A stretch of DNA of 50,145 nucleotides. Source: Gammaproteobacteria bacterium. GTDB taxonomy: Bacteria > Pseudomonadota > Gammaproteobacteria > Natronospirales > REEB76. The translations under genes were made by a program, and so were the position numbers. The notes beneath the pieces are model-generated. The model worked only from the letters and a program-made list of their open reading frames with translations. It was not told the DNA's origin and ran no database searches. Shown here piece after piece: positions 28,989-38,780 of the stretch; within the stretch, counting starts at the first letter, position 1, and every line of letters begins with the position of its first letter. Where the stretch lies: the NCBI GenBank assembly GCA_050739495.1, contig JBOIBL010000045.1:1-50145 (forward strand). The letters are read 5' to 3'.

Positions 28989-29467
28989 ATTTCAGCTCCT
29001 TAGAATTCAGGACGCTATCGAATAGCGATCCATGATTCCGGATGCGGTTGAACAATTTTCAGGATTAACGTTATATCAGTTTACCCGGTATTGACTGTTT
29101 ATTATCTTGTGGAAGTTACTGCGCCGATTCGAGATTAATTATAATTAAACCAAAAATTTGAAAATGCGCAACTTGCCATGAATCGAAACATATGTTCGGA
29201 AGCCTGCTTCGCTCGATTTTGAACACTGACAGAAAACTTCCAATATCGACAATGGGTTATTTTGTTACATAATCTTGGTTTTTAACGCGCTCGGCTTTTC
29301 AGTGCCTTCGCTTGTACAAACCAATAACTTGATTTTGTGACCGGCGCGGCGGGCGCCGATTCCGGAAATTTGCATATCGCTGATTCAAAGTCCGAAAACT
29401 GCCGGTTTGTTTCCAGATACTGGCCCACCATAGAATCCACCGTTGCCACCCAGGTACCGCAAGCATC

Positions 29468-30922
29468 ATGAACACGCGCTCCGAAGAATCGCTGGACCCA
29501 CAGGACTGGGACGAATTCCGTCGTCTGGCCCACCAGATGCTTGACGATGCGCTCGACTATCACGCCCGGGTCCGGGAACGTCCGGTATGGCAGGCGGTGC
29601 CGGAAGCGATCAAGGCGCGCTTCAGCGGACCCGTGCCGCGACAGGGCGTGGGCGAAGCCTCGGTATATCGTGATTATCAGGAGCTGCTTGCGCCCTATGC
29701 ATTAGGCAACATCCATCCGCGTTTCTGGGGGTGGGTGAACGGCACCGGGACCCCACTCGGTATGCTGGCGGACCTGTTATGCGCGACACTCAATGTCAAC
29801 GCGGCGGGATTCAATCAAGGCGCGACCTTCGCTGAACTGCAACTGCTCGACTGGCTGAAAGAGATGCTGGGCTTTCCACAATCAGCCAGCGGCATACTTA
29901 CCAGCGGGGGTTCGGTGGCGAATCTGGTGGCACTCAATGTCGCGCGTCATGCCATGGCACCGTTTGCGATACGCAAACTGGGACATGCACAACAACCGCG
30001 CATGCGGGTATATGCATCCACTGAAACCCATAATTCGGTGCAGAAAGCAGTCGAACTCATGGGACTCGGTGACGATTCACTGGCGCTGATCCCGGTGGAT
30101 GACCAGTACCGGATCGATATTGCAGCGCTCAAGACCCGTGTCGCAAACGATCGGCAAGCCGGCATGTTGCCATTCTGCGTGGTCGCCAACGCCGGTACTG
30201 TAAACACCGGCGCGGTGGATCCGTTGGCTGCGCTGGCGAATTTTTGTCGCGACGAGCATCTCTGGTTGCACGTGGACGGAGCGTTCGGAGCACTGGCCGT
30301 GCTCGATCCGGCGCGCCGCGCAATGCTGGACGGGATGCAGCACGCCGATTCACTGGCGTTCGACCTGCACAAATGGATGTACATGCCGTATGAGATCGGT
30401 TGCACCCTGGTGCGCGATGCCTCGAAACACCAGGCAGCGTTCGCAGTCGAGGCCAGTTATCTGCACAAGCTCGACGGCGGTGTCTCCAAATCGGGGATCG
30501 CGTTCGGGGAATACGGTCCGCAGCTCTCGCGCGGGTTCCGTGCGCTCAAGGCCTGGATGAATATCAAGGCCTATGGCGTGGACAAGTTCGCACGCCTGAT
30601 CGCGCAGAACGTGCAACAGGCTCAGTATCTTGCAGCTCTCGTAACCGCAAATCCGAAACTGGAACTGCTGGCACCGGTGCCGCTCAACGTCGTCAACTTC
30701 CGTTACCGAAGCGCGGGGCTCGATGAACAGGCTCTTGACGAACTGAACGAACGTATTCTCATCGCCCTGCAGGAACGCGGCATCGCGGTGCCTTCCTCCA
30801 CCTTACTGAGGGGGCGGTTCGCCATCCGTGCGGCAATCACCAATCACCGCAGCCGGCGCGAGGATTTCGAGACACTGGCCACGGCGACGGTAGCGATCGG
30901 CGACGAATTCAGCGCTGCCTGA
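29468..30922 (+). CDS. Group II PLP-dependent amino-acid decarboxylase
   Basis: 484 aa. TSGGSVANLVAL, HVDGAFGA and the PLP-lysine motif DLHKWMYMPYEIG. Confidence 0.85.
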   Translation: MNTRSEESLDPQDWDEFRRLAHQMLDDALDYHARVRERPVWQAVPEAIKARFSGPVPRQGVGEASVYRDYQELLAPYALGNIHPRFWGWVNGTGTPLGMLADLLCATLNVNAAGFNQGATFAELQLLDWLKEMLGFPQSASGILTSGGSVANLVALNVARHAMAPFAIRKLGHAQQPRMRVYASTETHNSVQKAVELMGLGDDSLALIPVDDQYRIDIAALKTRVANDRQAGMLPFCVVANAGTVNTGAVDPLAALANFCRDEHLWLHVDGAFGALAVLDPARRAMLDGMQHADSLAFDLHKWMYMPYEIGCTLVRDASKHQAAFAVEASYLHKLDGGVSKSGIAFGEYGPQLSRGFRALKAWMNIKAYGVDKFARLIAQNVQQAQYLAALVTANPKLELLAPVPLNVVNFRYRSAGLDEQALDELNERILIALQERGIAVPSSTLLRGRFAIRAAITNHRSRREDFETLATATVAIGDEFSAA

Positions 30923-30927
30923 TTATT

Positions 30928-31647
30928 TCAAAAATCCGGCAGCTCGCGGGCGCACAGGTCGAATACCAGCACTTCGGCGTCACGACCAGCGCTGAACGTC
31001 AGTGACTGTTCATCACGCACGCGCAGGCCATCGCCCTCCTGCATGGCGGTGCCGTTCACGGTGACGCTGCCGCGAGCGACATGTACATACGCATAGCGTC
31101 CCGCGTCCAGTTCCAATGTCGCCGTCTCAGCCCCGTCAAACAGGCCGGCATAAACCCGGGCATCCTGATACACGCCGAGTGAACCGGCAGCGCCCTCCGG
31201 CGAGATGATCAGCCGCAGCTTGCCGCGTTTGTCTGTAGCCGGCACATTGATCTGCTGATAGCGCGGCGTAACGCCTTTGCGATCCGGCACGATCCATATC
31301 TGCAGGAAATGCACCCGTTCAGTTTTGGAGTGATTGAACTCGCTGTGCGCGACGCCACTGCCCGCACTCATCATCTGCACGTCGCCGGGCCGGATCACCG
31401 AACCGGTGCCCATGGTGTCCTGATGCTCCAACGCGCCTTCCAGTACGTAGGAAAAGATTTCCATATCGTTATGAGGATGGCGTCCAAAACCTTGCCCGGG
31501 TGCAACCCGGTCGTCGTTGATGACGAGCAGGTCGGAAAACCCCATCTGTTTCGGATCACGATATTGGGCGAAGGAGAAAGTGTGCCGTGAACTCAACCAG
31601 CCATGTTCGGCGACACCCCGGTCACCTGCCTTGCGTAGTTCCAACAT
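30928..31647 (-). CDS. Pirin-family protein (cupin; quercetinase-like)
   Basis: HGWLSSRHTFSFAQY...GFGRHPHNDMEIFSYVLEGALEHQDTMG is the pirin N-terminal signature. Confidence 0.9.
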   Translation of the reverse strand: MLELRKAGDRGVAEHGWLSSRHTFSFAQYRDPKQMGFSDLLVINDDRVAPGQGFGRHPHNDMEIFSYVLEGALEHQDTMGTGSVIRPGDVQMMSAGSGVAHSEFNHSKTERVHFLQIWIVPDRKGVTPRYQQINVPATDKRGKLRLIISPEGAAGSLGVYQDARVYAGLFDGAETATLELDAGRYAYVHVARGSVTVNGTAMQEGDGLRVRDEQSLTFSAGRDAEVLVFDLCARELPDF

Positions 31648-31724
31648 GCGCCGCTCCTGTCTGTTTGCTCGATATGGCGAAGAATCCTACATGGTGCCAA
31701 ACGTCTAGATATCAAGTGGAGCGT

Positions 31725-32462
31725 CTAGCGCACCCACGCGAAAGCCCGTTCCATCTCGCGTAAACCATCGCTCTCGTACCAACGCCCATGCGCCAGGACC
31801 ACCCGTTCCGGTGTCCAGTTGCGGATCTGTGCTACTGCCGCACGCAATTCAGCACGATGCTTGCGGAAGGTATAACGCATATCGGGGGGTGCCGTGCCAT
31901 CGGGATCGAGCGGCCCGGTAAGCCGAAGCAACAGCCGCATCCAGAAGCCTCGCACACGTTCCATCTCGAAATTCTCCACCAGATCGGTGAGGACCAGGGT
32001 ACGGGATGCGGTATGGAAGAAGATCGTCTCACTGAACATTCCGCCTTGCACGAAGCATTGTTTGACTTCCGATTGCCAGGGAAACGGGCCGTCGCCGCCC
32101 AAATCCAGCTCGTAGTTCATGCGAGCGCCGCTCCATGCGGGTTCCGCTGCCACACCCGCCGTCACTGCCTCGGGCCATTGTGCTTTCCAGGCTGCCTGCC
32201 AGGAAGTATGCAGCCGGTTCGGCGCGATGATGAAACTGACTGGACCCAGCACATCCATGGCATGACGCAGTTCGTCGGTCAATTCGGTCGGCGAATGGAC
32301 CCATAACCGCCGATCCGGCAGGCGCACGATCGTCATGCGGGTCGTAAACGGCAATTTCAGCCCCCAATACTGCATCCGGACTTCCGGGCCATCCACGATC
32401 CAGATGTTCTCGGCGACCGGCTTCAGCCGGTTGATCGGTTCATAGAGCTGCGATGCACTCAT
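31725..32462 (-). CDS. DUF4336-domain protein (MBL-fold-like)
   Basis: IWIVDGPEVRM...LPFTTRMTIVRLPDRRLWVHSPTEL...FIIAPNRLH fits the DUF4336 pattern. Confidence 0.6.
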   Translation of the reverse strand: MSASQLYEPINRLKPVAENIWIVDGPEVRMQYWGLKLPFTTRMTIVRLPDRRLWVHSPTELTDELRHAMDVLGPVSFIIAPNRLHTSWQAAWKAQWPEAVTAGVAAEPAWSGARMNYELDLGGDGPFPWQSEVKQCFVQGGMFSETIFFHTASRTLVLTDLVENFEMERVRGFWMRLLLRLTGPLDPDGTAPPDMRYTFRKHRAELRAAVAQIRNWTPERVVLAHGRWYESDGLREMERAFAWVR

Positions 32463-32484
32463 GCCTTTTTCCTTTGCACACCTG

Positions 32485-32994
32485 TCAGAGGGTACGCGCC
32501 AACGCCATGCAGCTGATGACGACCAGCATCAATACGGCGCTGTAAGTGGAACTCCGGCGCAACTTGAGCTTGAGTTGGCGCATCTCCGTCTGCTGCGCAT
32601 CGCTCGGTGTATTGCCTCCCGTCTGAATCTCACTCGCCAGCGCACTCATGCGTTTCCCCGCACGCTTTGATGTGATGCCACCGATCACCGCAGTCAGGAT
32701 GCCGAACACGGCCCCGGTGCTGATCAGGATGCCGTGCGTGGATGACAACCATGGCGAGGAAAAGCCATCCGATACCAGCCAGTACATCACCAGCCCGGAC
32801 AGGATCGTGAGTCCGCCGCTGGCTCCCATTGCCATGGCAAAGCGTGTCTCCACCATGAGCTTGTGCATGAAAGCGCTGCCGGCCGGCCCGGCGGCATCCA
32901 CCGCGGGACTGATACAGACAGCCAGCAACAGGATCGCGCCACCCCAGAAAACCCCGGAGAGGATATGGATAAGATTCAGGATGATCATGAACAT
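32485..32994 (-). CDS. Integral membrane protein (4 TMS), function unknown
   Basis: ATG at 32994 after AAGGAGAA. Four hydrophobic helices. I cannot name a family with confidence. Confidence 0.55.
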   Translation of the reverse strand: MFMIILNLIHILSGVFWGGAILLLAVCISPAVDAAGPAGSAFMHKLMVETRFAMAMGASGGLTILSGLVMYWLVSDGFSSPWLSSTHGILISTGAVFGILTAVIGGITSKRAGKRMSALASEIQTGGNTPSDAQQTEMRQLKLKLRRSSTYSAVLMLVVISCMALARTL

Positions 32995-33082
32995 CGATTG
33001 GTTCTCCTTGCAGTGCATGCTTCTTGACTCGATATTTCAAGAAAATACATTGTTCATTTCAATATTAAAACACTCTGCCGCG

Positions 33083-33748
33083 TCAGCGAGCTCTGGCGAC
33101 CTGTCGAGGTTCAAGGAAGAACGCAGCCAGCGCCAGAATCCCGTACATCACCAGCCCCGCGATACCGATGACGGTAATCGAGGTCGGCAGTGGACCAAAG
33201 GCATTCATCAGCTGGATGGCGGCCATCAACACTGCGAAGATCACCATGCCGATTTTGCGGGTTTTGCTCAGAGTGTTATTGCCCTTGAGGTAATAAGCCA
33301 GCCCGCCGAACAGGATTGCGAGTTCCAGAATCAATTCAATCAACGGGTAATTCCACAGACCGAAGCCGACCTTGAAATTTTCATTGATGATATCAAGATC
33401 GCGCGCATGCACGATGAGGTCCAGGAACCAGTGCGACAGCACTGCGGCGGCGAGGATCAGCGCTGGTTTGGGTGAACCCTTATACCGCTGATACACGCGA
33501 TACAGCACGAATGCGGCACCTGCCCAGCCGATGCTGCCGATCAGGCTGTGCGTATAGGGAAAGTAATAGAAATCCAGTGGGTTTGCTGCCGTGATGCCCG
33601 GTACGATACGCACCTTCTCGATACCCAGCAGGATAAACGCGCACCAGAGGATATCCACGAACTGTACTGCGACGAAGAACAGCCACAGCGGGATCCGCTT
33701 CTCGATCCGCCGCGCCGCAAATGCAACCCCGTAATGCCCTACAAACAT
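33083..33748 (-). CDS. Integral membrane protein, possibly a membrane-bound metal-dependent hydrolase (YdjM/DUF457-like)
   Basis: MFVGHYGVAFAA..., PYTHSLIGS and LSHWFLDLIVH are conserved His-containing motifs within 6-7 TMS. The family assignment is tentative. Confidence 0.5.
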   Translation of the reverse strand: MFVGHYGVAFAARRIEKRIPLWLFFVAVQFVDILWCAFILLGIEKVRIVPGITAANPLDFYYFPYTHSLIGSIGWAGAAFVLYRVYQRYKGSPKPALILAAAVLSHWFLDLIVHARDLDIINENFKVGFGLWNYPLIELILELAILFGGLAYYLKGNNTLSKTRKIGMVIFAVLMAAIQLMNAFGPLPTSITVIGIAGLVMYGILALAAFFLEPRQVARAR

Positions 33749-33959
33749 ATCTAAGCCTCCCGGTTGTTGTTAATTTAAAACTTGTCCGGTAACGATCGGT
33801 TTTGATACATATTCAGGTTATATATGTGACGGAATTGTGTACATGAAAATGATGGTTCGAAATGATTTTACAATGTACACCTGTTATCACAGTGTTCGAA
33901 TTAAATTCATGATTTTCAATCGTTGCATTACCTGGCTACGTCATACCGAATAATGTCAT

Positions 33960-33975
33960 AACGCGATATCGCGTT
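33960..33975. promoter_or_regulatory. 16-bp perfect palindrome AACGCGATATCGCGTT upstream of the phosphoesterase gene (operator candidate)
   Basis: Read directly from the sequence. It lies in an AT-rich 360-bp intergenic region, about 135 nt upstream of the ATG at 34109. Confidence 0.4.
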
Positions 33976-34108
33976 GATGCTTATTCGACATCACGTACGC
34001 GCAATCTGATCGTCAACATCCTGTCACTGACTCCGCCGTACCGTTGATAACCCCAGGATCCTGATCTTGTGGTACCTGGCTTTTCAACGGTTCAAAGGAG
34101 GATATCCC

Positions 34109-36061
34109 ATGGAAACCCTGTACAGAAAAATCGGTCTTGCGCTGGCCACCAGCGCACTGGTCGGCAGCGTCGGCGTCAGTGCGCCGGCTGCATACGCGTC
34201 TGACCATGATGCCTATCATAGTCACACCGCGACTCCGATCAAGCATGTAATCCTGATTCTCGGTGAAAACCGCACCTTCGATAACGTGTTTGCCACCTTC
34301 AAACCCCATAGCGGACAGCATGTCTGGAACCTGCTGTCGGAAGGCATCGTGAATGCCGACGGCTCTCCCGGCCCCAATTTCGATCGTGCGCAGCAATGGA
34401 TCGCGGCCGACACCGGGACGTATTCGCTGCATCCTGACAAGGTCTCCCCTTACAACGTGCTCGGCGCCATCACCACCAGTGGTACGCCAAATGCACCGTA
34501 TTTCCCCAGTATCGGGGTAGCCGAGGCGATCGAACCGGCATTGCCGTCCGCTGCGTATCCGTTACTGGTACAAGGTGGCAGCGGGTTGCCGGCCGGCAGC
34601 AAAATCGATACGCGTTTTCCGGCCGACTTTGCCAACGGACCTTTTCCAATCACTGATTCCATCGGCTATGACGACTATGCCGGCAGCCCGGTACATCGCT
34701 TCTTCCAGATGTGGCAACAGGTCGATTGCGACGTAGCCCTGGCCACGACTCGCAATCCCAGCGGTTGCCAGAACGATCTCTGGTCCTGGGTCGAAGCAAG
34801 CGTCGGCGCCGGCAGCAATGGCGCGGCCCAACCGGCGGATTACGATCAGCCCGGTAATCATGAGGGCGCCGTCGCCATGGGGTTCTACAACGTTCAGAAA
34901 GGCGATGTAAGTTATTTCAACACGCTGGCACAAACCTATGCACTGAGTGACAACTATCACCAGGCTGTGATGGGCGGTACCGGTTCGAACCACCTGGCCA
35001 TCGGCTATGGCACCGATGTCTATTATGCGGATGCAAACGGTGATCCTGCGGTACCGCCGCAGAACCAGATCGAAAATCCGGATGCTCAACCCGGGACCGA
35101 TAACTTTTATGCCCAGGATGGCTATAGCGGCGGTTCGTACGTCAACTGCTCCGACCGGTCACAACCGGGCGTGGCAGCGGTCCGCGATTATCTCTCGTCG
35201 CTGCCTTACGCCACCTTCCACAGCGGCGATTGCCAGCCGGGTGCCTATTACATAGTCAACAACTACAACCCCGGCTATCTGGGCACCGGCCAACCGGCAC
35301 CGCTCGGCCCGACCGAATTCACTGTGCCGCCGACCACACAGCAGAACCTCGGTCTGTTGTTGAGCCGCTATAACGTGTCGTGGCATTACTACGGCGAAGG
35401 CTGGAACAATGGCCTCGAAACCGGCGAGGCCGACACCTATTGCAACATCTGCAATCCGTTCCTGTACTCGAAACAGATCATGACCAATCCCGCATTGCGC
35501 GCAAATCTCAAGGATATCGGTGACCTTTACAACGACATCCAGAACGACTCATTGCCCGCAGTTTCGATCGTCAAGCCCGATGCAATCCTGGATGGACATC
35601 CGGCCAGTTCGAAATTCGATCTGTTCGAAGCGTTCTGCAAGAAGATCGTCGACCAGATCCAGGCCAATCCCGCGCTCTGGAAAGATACCGCCATCATGAT
35701 CACGGTCGACGAGGGCGGCGGCTACTATGACTCGGGGTACATCCAACCAGTCGATTTCTTCGGTGACGGCCCACGCATCCCGATGATCGTCGTGTCGCCT
35801 TACTCGCGTGGTATCGGCGTGGTTCACAATTACGGCGATCATGTCTCGTTCGACAAGTTCGTCGAAGCAAACTGGGGACTGCCGGCGATATCGCGGTGGA
35901 GCCGTGACAACCTGCCGGATCCGATCGCCAGTCGGCATAACCCGTACGTACCATTGAACAGCCCGGCGATCGGCGACTTGATGGGCATGTTTGATTTTGG
36001 CGATCATGATCGAGGACATGATGATGATGACGATCGCGGCTCACATAGACACCGTCGATAA
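34109..36061 (+). CDS. Secreted phosphoesterase-family protein (PF04185 type: non-haemolytic phospholipase C / acid phosphatase AcpA-like)
   Basis: ATG at 34109 after AAGGAGGA. Signal peptide ...VGVSAPAAYA. KHVILILGENRTFDNVFATF is the family signature. ITVDEGGGYYDSGY lies near the C-terminus. The tail is HD-rich: GDHDRGHDDDDDRGSHRHRR. Confidence 0.8.
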   Translation: METLYRKIGLALATSALVGSVGVSAPAAYASDHDAYHSHTATPIKHVILILGENRTFDNVFATFKPHSGQHVWNLLSEGIVNADGSPGPNFDRAQQWIAADTGTYSLHPDKVSPYNVLGAITTSGTPNAPYFPSIGVAEAIEPALPSAAYPLLVQGGSGLPAGSKIDTRFPADFANGPFPITDSIGYDDYAGSPVHRFFQMWQQVDCDVALATTRNPSGCQNDLWSWVEASVGAGSNGAAQPADYDQPGNHEGAVAMGFYNVQKGDVSYFNTLAQTYALSDNYHQAVMGGTGSNHLAIGYGTDVYYADANGDPAVPPQNQIENPDAQPGTDNFYAQDGYSGGSYVNCSDRSQPGVAAVRDYLSSLPYATFHSGDCQPGAYYIVNNYNPGYLGTGQPAPLGPTEFTVPPTTQQNLGLLLSRYNVSWHYYGEGWNNGLETGEADTYCNICNPFLYSKQIMTNPALRANLKDIGDLYNDIQNDSLPAVSIVKPDAILDGHPASSKFDLFEAFCKKIVDQIQANPALWKDTAIMITVDEGGGYYDSGYIQPVDFFGDGPRIPMIVVSPYSRGIGVVHNYGDHVSFDKFVEANWGLPAISRWSRDNLPDPIASRHNPYVPLNSPAIGDLMGMFDFGDHDRGHDDDDDRGSHRHRR

Positions 36062-36106
36062 CACTGGAAGAACAGCGCGCCGGACACCGGCGCGGTGAAG
36101 ACGGAC

Positions 36107-36139
36107 AAACGCCCGTCAGTTCACTGACGGGCGTTTTTT
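36107..36139 (+). terminator. Rho-independent terminator (13-bp stem, TTCA loop, T6 tract)
   Basis: AAACGCCCGTCAG-ttca-CTGACGGGCGTTT followed by TTT. It sits between convergent genes, and the T-tract abuts the stop codon of the minus-strand hydrolase gene. Confidence 0.8.
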
Positions 36140-37337
36140 ATCTGGAGCCACGCGCCAGATCTGGCAGCAGGGTGAGCTCACGATTGTTCAAACAACCGAG
36201 CGTCTTGTCCAGGGCAAGCGGCCGTGTCGCGTGTGGTAATTGTGATTTCGCTGGGTCGTCGCCCAAATCATCGTCCTGGATATTTATTTTCAGCCACTGC
36301 CGGATAATCGGCCAGGTCGCCCCGGTGTCAATCGGCAGACTGAGATGATTTTTATCCAGTATCTGACACAAGTCAGAACTGTAAGACCGGGCAGCCAGCG
36401 ATCGGACTTCGTTCGGGGGCGTTACCACATCGTCCGTTCCAACCAGATACAGAATCGGCGACTTGATCTTGTTGACTATGTTGATCGGGCCGGAATTCAC
36501 GATATTGAATCCCGTTATCTGTCGGGACGCTTCAAGTGCCTGATCCACATCCTTTGCAGACAGGTATTGTGCTTCCAGGGGGCGGAACTCTTTCACAAAT
36601 CTCGGTATCACCGCCTTGACTGAAGAAAACGGTTCAATTGCGACAACTGCTTGTACAGACGGGTCTTTTGCGGCTGTTTCGAGCGCTATGGCCGCTCCGT
36701 ATGAAACCCCGAGCAAGTAAAGCGGCCCGACGATTGTTCCATTGGTTTTTAATTTTTCAATTACCTGCGACAGGTCATCTGACTCGAGCGGACCGTAAGT
36801 GACGAAAGCCCCGGTCGATTGCCCTTGGGCGCGCGGATCCAGCAAAACCACCCGGATACCATTCTCAGCAAATAGAAATGCGTAACCCAGCATCGTTTCC
36901 TTCGATAAGGCATATCCCGGCAACAGGATGATGGTCGCATGGGGTCTGGTGTGAGGGATGTTTTTTGCAGCTTTAAGATAAATATCGCGGGAACGAGCAG
37001 GAATATCCACGTCATATTTAACGACGAACCCCTCATCGTGCATCGTTGTCGTGATTTTTACCGGATAGTCGCCAGGATCGAGCACCGCCATTGATAACAT
37101 CGCCGGTGGCGGACCAACGGCAATCATGCTTTGAGACGCATAGAATGGCGCAAGCACGTCCCTTAATTTAACTGACAATGTCTCAAGATCGTCGCCTGGA
37201 GGCGCTACTATTTTCTCGGCAATATACCTGGTAGTCATGCAGCTGGTTAAACTGAATGAAATTCCGAAAGCCAATAACCCCACGGCGATAGTTTTCTTTA
37301 GACTCTGACAAGAAATCCCGATCATGCTGTACATCAC
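36138..37337 (-). CDS. Alpha/beta-hydrolase lipoprotein
   Basis: Lipobox FSLTSC. Nucleophile elbow GVSYGAA. ILLPGYA (oxyanion region). The gene looks visibly lower in GC than its neighbours. Confidence 0.75.
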   Translation of the reverse strand: MMYSMIGISCQSLKKTIAVGLLAFGISFSLTSCMTTRYIAEKIVAPPGDDLETLSVKLRDVLAPFYASQSMIAVGPPPAMLSMAVLDPGDYPVKITTTMHDEGFVVKYDVDIPARSRDIYLKAAKNIPHTRPHATIILLPGYALSKETMLGYAFLFAENGIRVVLLDPRAQGQSTGAFVTYGPLESDDLSQVIEKLKTNGTIVGPLYLLGVSYGAAIALETAAKDPSVQAVVAIEPFSSVKAVIPRFVKEFRPLEAQYLSAKDVDQALEASRQITGFNIVNSGPINIVNKIKSPILYLVGTDDVVTPPNEVRSLAARSYSSDLCQILDKNHLSLPIDTGATWPIIRQWLKINIQDDDLGDDPAKSQLPHATRPLALDKTLGCLNNRELTLLPDLARGSR

Positions 37338-37690
37338 TTTTTGTATTGATCGATGTCTGATTAATTACCCCACTGCCGCCGTATAACCAAATGGTTCATG
37401 AAATCAGGTCGGCCGACGTAATCCACGTTCGATATGGAATATAACCATCTCCTCTGTACTGTTCGGTAACATGGATAAAACTACGCCTTTCGCTGCCGGA
37501 ATGCGCCTGCCCGGGTCCATCAATATATTGTAACGAAGTGTGACAAAACCGGTTTTGATCCACGTGGTTGGCGCAACCTGTAGTCCGTTGCCTTCATTGC
37601 AGCATTAATTGTTGTCCATGGGGCCGCGCGCGCACGGATGCGGACCTATACTTGATTACAGCTCCATGCCGGTCACAGGGGGCAGAGATC

Positions 37691-38203
37691 ATGGGTAAAT
37701 TACTTCTTGCATTCGCGGCGCTGAGCATCACGGCGATGCTGTCAGGCGCCGCATTCGCCGACGGCTTGCAGGTCTACAAATGGACCGACCTTCAGGGAGT
37801 CGTTCATTACAGTGACAAACCCCCGCCAGCGCCCGCAGTGGATCTGCTGCGCCTGGACTTGCCGAAACTGCCGCCGATCGATCCGAAAAAAATCGCTGCG
37901 ACTGACGCCTGGATTGCGAGTATCAATGAAATGGTACGTCGCCAGCAGGCGCAAGAAGCGCTTGCGCAGCAGCAACTCGAATTGAAACAACAGGCGGCGG
38001 ATTCACAGCAATACGCGACAGTGGTTCAAGAACCTGCACCGATATATATCGGTTATGCACGGCCACGACTTGCACATCATCGTGATCGGGATGATCACCG
38101 GCATATACGCCACATCAGTCAGCGCACATCCGCCGCACCGACCTGGCCTTTCCCCTATAACCTGAACGAAAGCTCCTTCCCGGAAGAATGGCATAAGCCC
38201 TGA
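37691..38203 (+). CDS. DUF4124-domain secreted protein
   Basis: ATG at 37691. Signal peptide MGKLLLAFAALSITAMLSGAAFA. VYKWTDLQGVVHYSDKPP is the DUF4124 signature. A Gln-rich coiled-coil stretch and an HRDRDDHRH segment follow. Confidence 0.75.
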   Translation: MGKLLLAFAALSITAMLSGAAFADGLQVYKWTDLQGVVHYSDKPPPAPAVDLLRLDLPKLPPIDPKKIAATDAWIASINEMVRRQQAQEALAQQQLELKQQAADSQQYATVVQEPAPIYIGYARPRLAHHRDRDDHRHIRHISQRTSAAPTWPFPYNLNESSFPEEWHKP

Positions 38204-38213
38204 CGCCGGCGAT

Positions 38214-38597
38214 TCACGTCTTGCCCTTCATGACACTCCGGATCGTCGGTGCGAGCTTAGCGAGATCGGACTTGAGCAGGCATTCGGCAACACCCGTGGC
38301 CTTCAGCGCCTGCACATCCTTGCCTTCGAAACTACCCGACAACAACAGGAATGGCAGTCCCGGATATTTCTTGCGTATGGTCTCCAATATCTCCAGCCCA
38401 GAGAAATCGTAGCCACTGTTATCTGAAAGCACTATATCGACCGCACCTTCGTGGAGTGCTCGCATGCATTCCTTGCGCGACATTACCTGTGTGATATCAC
38501 AGTTCAGATCAGAATGCAGGAGCGTGTAACGGATCAACTCGGCGTGCGCCGCATCGTCTTCGATGTGCAATATGCGTAGCGCTTCCTTCTTGTCCAT
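38214..38597 (-). CDS. Single-domain response regulator (receiver only)
   Basis: ATG at 38597 after AAGGAGGA. ILHIEDDAAH...DIVLSDNSGYDFSGLEIL...LLLSG...K. Confidence 0.8.
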   Translation of the reverse strand: MDKKEALRILHIEDDAAHAELIRYTLLHSDLNCDITQVMSRKECMRALHEGAVDIVLSDNSGYDFSGLEILETIRKKYPGLPFLLLSGSFEGKDVQALKATGVAECLLKSDLAKLAPTIRSVMKGKT

Positions 38598-38780
38598 GAC
38601 TATCCTCCTTGAGTTCGCTCCCTCGGGCATCGATGCATGATACACCTGCAAAACTTACAGATTACAGAGGGCTTTATCCGCCCCCCCTGTAGCTATATCA
38701 AGACGGTCCAAACCACACTATGTCCTTGGCAAATTCCCTAATCCGGTCATCAGGTTGCCATCAAAATCCTTCGACCATGT

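Noticed and set aside
29282-29563. A 93-aa minus-strand ORF in the AT-rich spacer between the NarL-type regulator and the decarboxylase.
   Set aside because: It overlaps the 5' end of the well-supported decarboxylase gene, has no RBS and matches no recognisable motif. The spacer is more likely to hold divergent promoters.
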